Source: Candidatus Saccharimonadota bacterium
Lineage (GTDB): Bacteria > Patescibacteriota > Saccharimonadia > Saccharimonadales > Saccharimonadaceae
Length of the DNA stretch: 32,000 nt
Direction: 5' to 3'
Assembly: GCA_025349965.1 (NCBI GenBank)
Contig: CP075337.1
Coordinates: 270,001-302,000 of the forward strand
In this document: positions 25,569 to 32,000 of the stretch, piece after piece
How the letters are laid out: the number at the start of each line of letters is the position of its first letter
Position numbering within the stretch: position 1 is the stretch's first letter
Translations under genes and position numbers: made by a program
The notes under the pieces: model-generated
Told to the model about the DNA's origin: nothing
The model's database searches: none
Seen by the model: only the letters and a program-made list of their open reading frames with translations

Positions 25569-26212
25569 TGAGCGTAATCGTTCCGACTATTATGGCAGAA
25601 ACGGTAGACCAGCTTAAGGCTTCTATTGATAGGCTTCACCCCTTTGCTAAACGAGTTCACTTCGACCTTGCGGATGGAGATTTTGCACCGACGCTTCTTA
25701 TTGAACCTGATAAATTATCATGGCCTGAGGGGTGGGAAGTCGACATCCATATGATGTATGCGCGCCCTTCTGAGCAGTTGGCTCATATTGTTCAGCTTCG
25801 ACCTAGCATGGTTGTGCTTCATGCCGAGGCGCAAGAAGACATTGTTCCACATCTCAACTTTCTTAGGGAGCAGGGCATTAAGGCGGGTGTTGCGCTTCTG
25901 AAATCAACGGTCCCCTCTACTGTTGAAGCTGCGATTCAAGCGGCTGACCACGTCATGATTTTTTCCGGAGACCTTGGAAAATTTGGCGGTACTGCAAGTA
26001 TGATGCAACTTGAGAAGGTTCGGCTTGTAAAGAAAATTCGTCCAGATGTTGAGATTGGCTGGGATGGTGGTGTAAGTCTAGAGAACGCCTATACACTTAC
26101 ACAGGGTGGAGTAGATGTACTGAATGTTGGTAGTGCAATTGCGCAGGCAGCCTCTCCTGTTGATGTATATAACGGATTAGTAAAAGAAATTAATAAACAC
26201 GGAGTAATTTAA
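25568..26212 (+). CDS. rpe: Ribulose-phosphate 3-epimerase family protein (divergent)
   Basis: Collinear with Rpe motifs: HFDLADGDFAP (compare HVDVMDGHFVPN), VDIHMM, LHAEA, GIKAGVAL, FSGDLGKFGG, IGWDGGVS and NVGSAI. A TAATG overlap links it to rpiB. Confidence 0.78.
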   Translation: MSVIVPTIMAETVDQLKASIDRLHPFAKRVHFDLADGDFAPTLLIEPDKLSWPEGWEVDIHMMYARPSEQLAHIVQLRPSMVVLHAEAQEDIVPHLNFLREQGIKAGVALLKSTVPSTVEAAIQAADHVMIFSGDLGKFGGTASMMQLEKVRLVKKIRPDVEIGWDGGVSLENAYTLTQGGVDVLNVGSAIAQAASPVDVYNGLVKEINKHGVI

Positions 26213-26213
26213 G

Positions 26214-27074
26214 GTGGGAAGTTTAACAATTTCACAATTAGAGCAGAAGGCGAATGTAATTCGGCAAGATATTATTCGCATGTTACAAGAGGCGGGGAGT
26301 GGCCATAGCGCAGGTCCGCTTGGGCTGGCTGATATATTTGCGGCGCTCTATTTTGATATTCTGAATATTCGCCCGGAAGAGCCAGAGTGGACGGAACGAG
26401 ATGTCTTCTTTTTGAGTAACGGTCATACCGTTCCTGTGCAGTACGCTGCAATGGCCGAGGCTGGTTTCTTCGACAAAACTGAGCTCTCTACACTACGAAA
26501 GCTTGGCTCTCGTCTTCAGGGACATCCAGAGCGCGAGAAGCTTCCAGGGATTGAGTCAACCAGTGGACCGCTTGGTAGTGGGCTTTCGCAGGCATCCGGC
26601 TATGCGTATACACTCCAGTACCTTGATAAGAATCCGCACCGCTTCGTCTATGTTGTCATGGGTGATGGTGAGCTTAACGAAGGAAATATTTGGGAAGCGG
26701 CGATGTTTGCTGGAAAGAATAAGCTTGGTCAGCTTATTGCGTTTATCGACCGCAATAATATCCAGATTGATGGCACCACGGAAGATGTGATGCCACTAGA
26801 AGATCTCCGTGGCAAGTGGGAGTCGTTCGGCTGGCATGTCCTTGAGATTGATGGGCATAATATTGAAAGTATTATTGATGCTGCAAGCCAGGCGCGGGCA
26901 ATTACGAACCGTCCGACGGTGATTATTAGTCACACCATTCCAGGTAAGGGTGTTGACTTCATGGAATATAACTACAAGTGGCACGGTATGCCACCAAACG
27001 CCGAACAGGCCAAAGAAGCGCTTGAAGACTTACGTACACTCGGCGGTAAAATCACACACGAAGGAGCGGCATAA
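26214..27074 (+). CDS. Transketolase, N-terminal (TPP-binding) subunit
   Basis: GHSAGPLGLADI, SNGHTVPVQYA, GDGELNEGNIWEA and IDRNNIQIDG. GTG start, with GGAG 9 nt upstream. Confidence 0.93.
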   Translation: MGSLTISQLEQKANVIRQDIIRMLQEAGSGHSAGPLGLADIFAALYFDILNIRPEEPEWTERDVFFLSNGHTVPVQYAAMAEAGFFDKTELSTLRKLGSRLQGHPEREKLPGIESTSGPLGSGLSQASGYAYTLQYLDKNPHRFVYVVMGDGELNEGNIWEAAMFAGKNKLGQLIAFIDRNNIQIDGTTEDVMPLEDLRGKWESFGWHVLEIDGHNIESIIDAASQARAITNRPTVIISHTIPGKGVDFMEYNYKWHGMPPNAEQAKEALEDLRTLGGKITHEGAA

Positions 27075-28063
27075 TGTATCCACTGCGAGATGATATCTAT
27101 AGTAACGATGTACCAGAAGAGCCGACCCGTGCCGGTTTTGGTCGCGGTTTGCTTGCGGCGGGCGAAGAGAACGAAGCGGTTGTTGCGCTCTGTGCCGACT
27201 TGACTGAAAGTACCCAAATGCACCTTTTTAAGGAAAAGTTCCCTGAGCGATTCGTAGAAATAGGCGTGGCTGAGCAAAACCTCGTGACAGTAGCGAGTGG
27301 CATGGCTCGTGCGGGAAAGATTCCATTTACCAGCAGTTACGCAGCGTTTAGTCCTGGGCGAAACTGGGAGCAGATCCGTACAACGGCAACGTTGAATAAT
27401 CAACCGGTGAAGATTGTTGGATCCCATGCGGGTGTAAGTGTTGGTCCTGATGGTGCGACGCACCAAATGCTTGAGGATATCGCTTTGATGCGCGTACTTC
27501 CAAACATGGTTGTCGTTGCTCCTGGTGATAGTGTTGAAGCCGAGAAGGCGACTCGTGCTATTGCAAAAAACGGGCAGCCGAGCTATCTGCGACTTGCTCG
27601 TGAAAAGACACCTATTTTTAGTACCGAAGACGCTCCGTTTGAACTTGGTAAGGCATATGTGCTCAAAGAGGGTACAGACGTGTCACTCCTTGGTACGGGG
27701 ACACTGTCATACCAACTTCTTCTCGCCGCGAAATACCTTGAACAGCGTGGCATCAATGCTGAGGTTGTGCACGTGCCAACGATTAAGCCGCTTGACGAAG
27801 AGACAATCCTTGCAAGTGCACGCAAAACTGGACGTGTTGTTACTGCCGAAGAAGCACAGATGGCTGGCGGCTTTGGTGGTGTGGTGACCGAATTCTTGAG
27901 CGCAACGCTACCGATGCCAATTAAGCGCATCGGTATGGCAGACAGGTTTGGTGAATCTGGTGCACCAAATGAGCTTCTTGATTACTTTGGTCTGACGGGC
28001 GAGAAGATGGCGGAAGAAATTTTCCGATTTACCGAGGAGATGCCTCGCTACCATCAAAACTAG
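27074..28063 (+). CDS. Transketolase, C-terminal (pyrimidine-binding plus C-terminal domain) subunit
   Basis: FVEIGVAEQNLVTVASGMA, GSHAGVSVGPDGATHQMLEDIALMR, PNMVVVAPGD and HVPTIKPLD. A TAATG overlap links it to the N-terminal subunit. Confidence 0.93.
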   Translation: MYPLRDDIYSNDVPEEPTRAGFGRGLLAAGEENEAVVALCADLTESTQMHLFKEKFPERFVEIGVAEQNLVTVASGMARAGKIPFTSSYAAFSPGRNWEQIRTTATLNNQPVKIVGSHAGVSVGPDGATHQMLEDIALMRVLPNMVVVAPGDSVEAEKATRAIAKNGQPSYLRLAREKTPIFSTEDAPFELGKAYVLKEGTDVSLLGTGTLSYQLLLAAKYLEQRGINAEVVHVPTIKPLDEETILASARKTGRVVTAEEAQMAGGFGGVVTEFLSATLPMPIKRIGMADRFGESGAPNELLDYFGLTGEKMAEEIFRFTEEMPRYHQN

Positions 28064-28877
28064 ATACTGTCACTCTTTGCGCACTTTCTGCGTAGAGACC
28101 CCATAAGCGTCGTACGATGCTTGGTTCAAAAGTAACAGGACATCCGATGGCCGGCTGAATATTGACGTCTTTAAGCGCAATAGTTGGCTGGCCATTTGTA
28201 ATATCACAATCTTCGCGCGTTAATATACCGCGACGATCTTTTTGCGTGACCGCGACGGGTACCTCGGCGTTATTGGGGTATCCGGCCACAAACTCAATGC
28301 CACCTGAGCGTGATGACTCAAGGTGTTCAAGAGCGTGCGTCCAATTGTCAGGTTGTGTCAAATAGGTATTGTAGTAAGCGGAAAAACGGTAAATATCAAG
28401 CTTTGCGAGTTTATCAAGAATGCGCCAGTTATCTGTGTGCGCGGCCACTTCTGTACCTAGGGTAGTGTTGAGCATGCGGAAAATGCCTTCAGCGCTGTTA
28501 ATAAAGGTGGATGTGCCCGCCATAATAGTAAGTTCAACAGTATCCCACTTGGCTCTATCGAGTGCGACGCGCCTGGTTTGCGAGGCGGTAAGATTTGCAA
28601 GATGCTCGGCGTATGACTTGGAGTGTAGTGTTGCAAAGATAGAGCTTTGAATTTTCTTTGAAAGTGTTGCCGATACGTCCTTCAGTGTTTCTGCCGCCGC
28701 GGTATCTTGCAATCCAGAAGCACCATCTAAATACTCTGAAACCCCAGTGTTAATAACTTGCGCCAGTACTGCGTAGTGGTCACCTCGGTTTTCAATATCA
28801 TCCGCGCTTTGGGGTGGGCGAATGGTTGATTCGTGTGAGCGAAATTTCATAATTGCTTCGGAGCGAGGGGTGGTCAT
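28029..28877 (-). CDS. Hypothetical protein, no recognisable family
   Basis: 282-aa ORF and the only long ORF across 28064-28877. It is soluble-looking, with no TM helix or signal peptide and ordinary amino-acid composition. TATACT (plus coordinates 28887-28892) lies 9 nt upstream of the ATG on the minus strand. The 3' end overlaps the tkt C-subunit gene by 35 nt. Confidence 0.65.
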   Translation of the reverse strand: MTTPRSEAIMKFRSHESTIRPPQSADDIENRGDHYAVLAQVINTGVSEYLDGASGLQDTAAAETLKDVSATLSKKIQSSIFATLHSKSYAEHLANLTASQTRRVALDRAKWDTVELTIMAGTSTFINSAEGIFRMLNTTLGTEVAAHTDNWRILDKLAKLDIYRFSAYYNTYLTQPDNWTHALEHLESSRSGGIEFVAGYPNNAEVPVAVTQKDRRGILTREDCDITNGQPTIALKDVNIQPAIGCPVTFEPSIVRRLWGLYAESAQRVTVSSFDGSEASPR

Positions 28878-28922
28878 GGTATTTATAGTATAAATATGGC
28901 ACTACGCGCATGCAAACATAAG

Positions 28923-28931
28923 TGGTATACT
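28923..28931 (+). promoter_or_regulatory. Extended -10 promoter for fba
   Basis: TGgTATACT lies about 43 nt upstream of the GTG start. The leader carries the SD AGGGGGGA (28960-28967). Confidence 0.5.
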
Positions 28932-28973
28932 AGACTTAACGGCTAAAAGCTTAATTTTAAAGGGGGGATTCCT

Positions 28974-29885
28974 GTGGGTCTTACTATATCTGAAATTCGC
29001 GATAATACGATGCGCGCACGTCACTTAATGCAACGTACGAGGCAGCAGCATTTTGCGGTCGGTGCATTCAATATCGACAATCAAGAAACACTTATTGCTA
29101 TCTGTAGGGCGGCGCAGAAGCTCAACTCTCCAGTGCTCGTAGAAGTGAGTGATGGCGAGGTGAAGGCGCTTGGTCTTGAGAACGTTCGTGACATGGTGGA
29201 TAACTATAAGAAGGAATATGGCATTGAGATTTACCTTAACCTTGACCATAGCCCGTCAGTAGAGGCGGCAAAGCGGGCAATTGATGCCGGCTACGAGTTT
29301 ATTCATATTGATATCTCTCAGGCAAATCACGGTGCAACTGATGAAGAAATTATCGCCAAGACTAAAGAGGTGGTTGAATATGCTAAGTTTACTGGTGCGC
29401 TTGTTGAAAGTGAGCCACACTACTTTGGCGGCAGTAGTAATGTTCACGACGAAGAGATCAACTACGACGAAATCAAAAAGACATTCTCTACCCCAGAAGG
29501 TTCAAAGGCATTTATTGATGCAACTGGTATTGATACATTTGCTGCGGCAGTTGGAAACCTCCATGGTAAATATCCTGTACCAAAAATTCTTGACCTTGAG
29601 CTTCTTCAGGCGATTCGTGATGCAATTAGTTGCCAGATTAGTCTTCATGGTGGTTCGGGCACTCCAATCCATTTCTACGAAGAAGCTGCTCGTATTGGGG
29701 TAAGTAAGATTAATATTAACAGTGATATGCGTTTTGCCTTCAGGAATGAACTTGAAAAAGTACTCAAGGAGAATCCAAACGAATATGCAGTGGTGAAACT
29801 GATGCCACAAGTGTATACGGCAGTTCAGGCTGTGGTTGAAGAAAAGATTAACGCTTTTGGTAGCGCTGGAAAAGCGGTGGTATAG
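28974..29885 (+). CDS. fba: Class II fructose-bisphosphate aldolase family protein
   Basis: FAVGAFNIDNQETL, SPVLVEVS, LNLDHS, HIDIS, GNLHG, SLHGGSG and KININSD. GTG start with a strong SD. Confidence 0.9.
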   Translation: MGLTISEIRDNTMRARHLMQRTRQQHFAVGAFNIDNQETLIAICRAAQKLNSPVLVEVSDGEVKALGLENVRDMVDNYKKEYGIEIYLNLDHSPSVEAAKRAIDAGYEFIHIDISQANHGATDEEIIAKTKEVVEYAKFTGALVESEPHYFGGSSNVHDEEINYDEIKKTFSTPEGSKAFIDATGIDTFAAAVGNLHGKYPVPKILDLELLQAIRDAISCQISLHGGSGTPIHFYEEAARIGVSKININSDMRFAFRNELEKVLKENPNEYAVVKLMPQVYTAVQAVVEEKINAFGSAGKAVV

Positions 29886-29889
29886 ACAC

Positions 29890-30855
29890 GTGACATCTCC
29901 GACAATTGTTACTATAGGTAAAGCAACACAAGACGTTTTCTTGCAGAGTTCGCAAGATTTCGCCCAGTTTGAACACAAGGGTGTTCAGTATGAAAGTCTC
30001 CCTGTTGGACAAAAACTCTCACTTGATAATGTTATTTTTAGCACCGGTGGAAATGCAACAAACGCCGCTGTTACTTTTGCGCGACAGGGGTTGCATAGCA
30101 AGTATATCTGGTGTCTCGGTACGGATATTGCCAGTGAAGTTATCCTCCAGAGTCTCGACAAAGAGGGTATTGATACGGCAAGCGTTTACCAAGGCGCTCA
30201 GTACCTCTCAAGCTACTCGGCGATTCTCATGTTGAGCGGTGGTGAACGAACAATCTTTAATCACAAGGGAAGTATGCCAGAAGCAAATAGCCCAGACTTT
30301 GACTTCTCTGCGCTTGATGGCGCTGACTGGGTCTATCTTTCGTCACTTGGTGATATGGAGCTTCTCGAGCGCATTGTGAGCTATGCAGTACAGCAAAATA
30401 CTCGCATTATGTTTAATCCGGCAGGCTCTGAGCTTGAAGAGAAGGATAAGCTCAAGGCACTTCTCCCCGATATCGACGTATTGACGCTTAATAAAGAGGA
30501 AGCGCAAATGGTAGTAGATGGAGACACACTTGAAGAGCTTGCGCGTCGTTTGCAGGCATATTGTCCGGTTGTGATTGTATCCGATGGTCCAAATGGCGCC
30601 ACTGCTACAGACGGCAAGACGATTGTACACGCAGGTATGTATGAAGATGTTCCGGTAATTGACCGCACCGGTGGTGGTGATGCTTTCGGTTCGGGCTTTT
30701 TAAGTCAATTTGCGCAGGGTGCCAGCTTGAAAGATGCAATTATCTTTGCAAGCGCGAATTCAACCTCGGTTGTTCAGAAGATTGGCGCAAAAGAGGGTAT
30801 TCTCTATCAGGGCGTTGAGCTCCATGATATGCCGCTAACAGAAAAAGAATTTTAA
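29890..30855 (+). CDS. PfkB-family carbohydrate kinase
   Basis: Ribokinase-like fold: N-terminal IVTIGKATQDVFL, GGNATNAAV and the C-terminal signature DRTGGGDAFGSGF. I prefer the GTG at 29890, just after the fba stop, because PfkB proteins start near this motif. The track ATG at 29836 would overlap fba by 50 nt. Confidence 0.85.
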   Translation: MTSPTIVTIGKATQDVFLQSSQDFAQFEHKGVQYESLPVGQKLSLDNVIFSTGGNATNAAVTFARQGLHSKYIWCLGTDIASEVILQSLDKEGIDTASVYQGAQYLSSYSAILMLSGGERTIFNHKGSMPEANSPDFDFSALDGADWVYLSSLGDMELLERIVSYAVQQNTRIMFNPAGSELEEKDKLKALLPDIDVLTLNKEEAQMVVDGDTLEELARRLQAYCPVVIVSDGPNGATATDGKTIVHAGMYEDVPVIDRTGGGDAFGSGFLSQFAQGASLKDAIIFASANSTSVVQKIGAKEGILYQGVELHDMPLTEKEF

Positions 30856-30872
30856 TCCAGAAGGGGTGGGGT

Positions 30873-32000
30873 ATGGCACGATTTTTACGAGACTTGCTTG
30901 ATGCAGAGGAGCCGGTATTTACGCAGTCGATTCGGCAGCTTGAAGAGGTGAGTGGCCGAACTGGTGCGGATGTTAAGCTCATTGGTGATATTACAAAAAT
31001 GGCACACGACAGCATGCGTGCATTAGGGCTAAATCCAGCCGCATCTACCGGTGAAGAAGTGTATCGAGCACTTCTTGGGCGTGTTGAGACTGATATGAAG
31101 CGTCTAACAAAGATCATTGGCGCAAATGATCCAGAAGATGTTCGTCATCTTGTGCCGTACATGATTGACGCTGCTAATAACGTGAAATTTAATCGTCGTG
31201 TATTTGTTTTAAAGCACGACAAAGCGAAGGACCTACTTCGCAAGATGCCGCCAAAGCAACTCATGAAGAAGCTTGGCTATGACGATATCGAAATGATGTT
31301 TGCGAATGAAGATTTCGATGAAATCTATACCGCGCTTCGCTTCTCTGAAGGCCCGGAATGGCTTAATGAGTACAATGAGCTCTTTAAGACAGTGAAAGCG
31401 ACCGACTACGAAGAGCGAGACATTCGTATTATTCAGATGAATCAAGAGAAGTACGCCGACCTTGCTGCGGGGTTTGTTCAGAAGAAGCTTCATAACGTAA
31501 CGCACACCAAGGAGCTGGGGGTGATTGTTGTCGTACCAATGAAGGCGCGCAAGATGCGTGGACTTGTTCTTAAAACGCTCCCGCTTCTGCTTCACTACAT
31601 GAATGAAGTGAAGCTATACTCCACCTTCTTCAAACTCAAGAGTACAAAGCCGAACTTTGGCCGTACTGTCGTTGAGACACTGATTGCTGACCCAGGAACG
31701 GGCGGTCAAATGGCTGGTAAGCGTGTACACTGGCGTGTTATTCAACGGTACCTCGGGAAACATAAAGAGGATTCAATTAGTAGCGTTGCCTTTGAGCCAC
31801 ACGTACAGCCAGAGGATCTTCACTGGCGCCGCGCCGAAGAGCTACTTTATCAGATTGATCCTGAGCTCGAGTTTTGGAAGGACCGTGATTACGTCGCGCT
31901 TAATTATGACGGATTCCCGGTTGCGTTTAACTTATTTGATGTGAGCTTTGCCTACTCAAATAGAGAGACGTACGAGGGTCGATACGCGTATCACTTCCGT
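30873..32000 (+). CDS. Hypothetical protein, 3'-truncated by window end (at least 376 aa), not in supplied ORF track
   Basis: My own translation from the ATG at 30873 (MARFLRDLLDAEEPVFTQSIRQLEE...) runs 376 codons to nt 32000 without a stop. SD AAGGGGTGGGG is 2 nt upstream, and the gene starts 18 nt after the PfkB stop. The three track ORFs in this region are on other frames or strands and are shorter. Confidence 0.75.
   Translation, partial: MARFLRDLLDAEEPVFTQSIRQLEEVSGRTGADVKLIGDITKMAHDSMRALGLNPAASTGEEVYRALLGRVETDMKRLTKIIGANDPEDVRHLVPYMIDAANNVKFNRRVFVLKHDKAKDLLRKMPPKQLMKKLGYDDIEMMFANEDFDEIYTALRFSEGPEWLNEYNELFKTVKATDYEERDIRIIQMNQEKYADLAAGFVQKKLHNVTHTKELGVIVVVPMKARKMRGLVLKTLPLLLHYMNEVKLYSTFFKLKSTKPNFGRTVVETLIADPGTGGQMAGKRVHWRVIQRYLGKHKEDSISSVAFEPHVQPEDLHWRRAEELLYQIDPELEFWKDRDYVALNYDGFPVAFNLFDVSFAYSNRETYEGRYAYHFR

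Noticed and set aside
387-27930. Numerous 60-160-aa ORFs antisense to or out of frame with leuS, murF, pheT, rel, tkt, the MIP gene and others.
   Set aside because: Each is nested inside a longer ORF that has clear family motifs. Their compositions are skewed (Arg/Ser/Cys/Leu-rich), as expected for shadow frames. None has independent expression signals.
29836-29889. The ATG at 29836 as start of the PfkB kinase, overlapping fba by 50 nt.
   Set aside because: The extra 18 residues (MKKRLTLLVALEKRWYRH) precede the normal PfkB N-terminal beta-strand motif and lie inside the fba coding sequence. The GTG at 29890, right after the fba stop, fits the family better. This is not certain.
30740-31944. 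Track ORFs 30740-31117 (-), 31233-31595 (-) and 31684-31944 (+).
   Set aside because: All lie within, and out of frame or antisense to, the 376-codon open frame starting at 30873. That frame has a strong SD and operon context. These ORFs are shadow ORFs.
1-32000. An alternative genetic code (UGA recoding, as in some candidate-phyla bacteria).
   Set aside because: TGA functions as a genuine stop at well-defined gene ends (pheS at 16692-16694, and the response regulator at the ATGA overlap). All conserved genes are full length under the standard bacterial code.
1-32000. CRISPR arrays, tandem repeats, IS elements, toxin-antitoxin pairs or defence-system gene sets.
   Set aside because: Reading both strands, I found no regularly spaced direct repeats, no transposase or integrase-like ORFs, and no small adjacent gene pairs with toxin-antitoxin character. 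Nearly every gene is recognisable housekeeping. A computational repeat finder would be needed to exclude short dispersed repeats.

Overview
This is a compact, almost fully coding 32 kb chromosomal segment, and it reads as core genome rather than an accessory island. I count 36 protein genes, one of them open at the 3' window edge, plus one tRNA. I saw no rRNA, CRISPR array, transposase, integrase or long repeat.

Gene order:
- MurF-like ligase, leuS, and a LysM-like membrane protein (-).
- rpmF (missing from the ORF track), nusB, a Nudix hydrolase, rnc.
- rpsP, a KH-domain protein, trmD, a membrane protein, tRNA-Gln(UUG).
- An alpha/beta hydrolase, then a histidine kinase and OmpR-type regulator (-), divergent from a PAP2 phosphatase and a membrane protein.
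- rmuC, a MIP channel (-), a small tail-anchored protein.
- pheS, pheT, a membrane-anchored FKBP, trxB.
- A PLD-family protein (-), ppa, a short Rel (-).
- A sugar-phosphate block: gap, rpiB, rpe, split transketolase, an orphan gene (-), class II fba, a PfkB kinase, and an unrecognised ORF running off the window end.

The standard genetic code applies, because TGA is used as a stop. Several traits suggest a reduced-genome bacterium, possibly Patescibacteria or Saccharibacteria-like: split tkt, a truncated Rel, no rimM or rplS around trmD, and many 1-4 nt gene overlaps. That assignment is inference only.

I found no convincing self-contained novel system. The best leads are:
- A pervasive leaderless-mRNA and extended -10 promoter architecture.
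- A transaldolase-less pentose-phosphate/glycolysis cluster, in which fba plus the PfkB kinase could form a sedoheptulose-bisphosphate bypass.
- Two family-less proteins embedded in or attached to that cluster.
- A two-component system, PAP2 and membrane-protein envelope module with CTATTT repeats in its divergent promoter region.
- A structured 360 bp non-coding gap where rimM normally sits.
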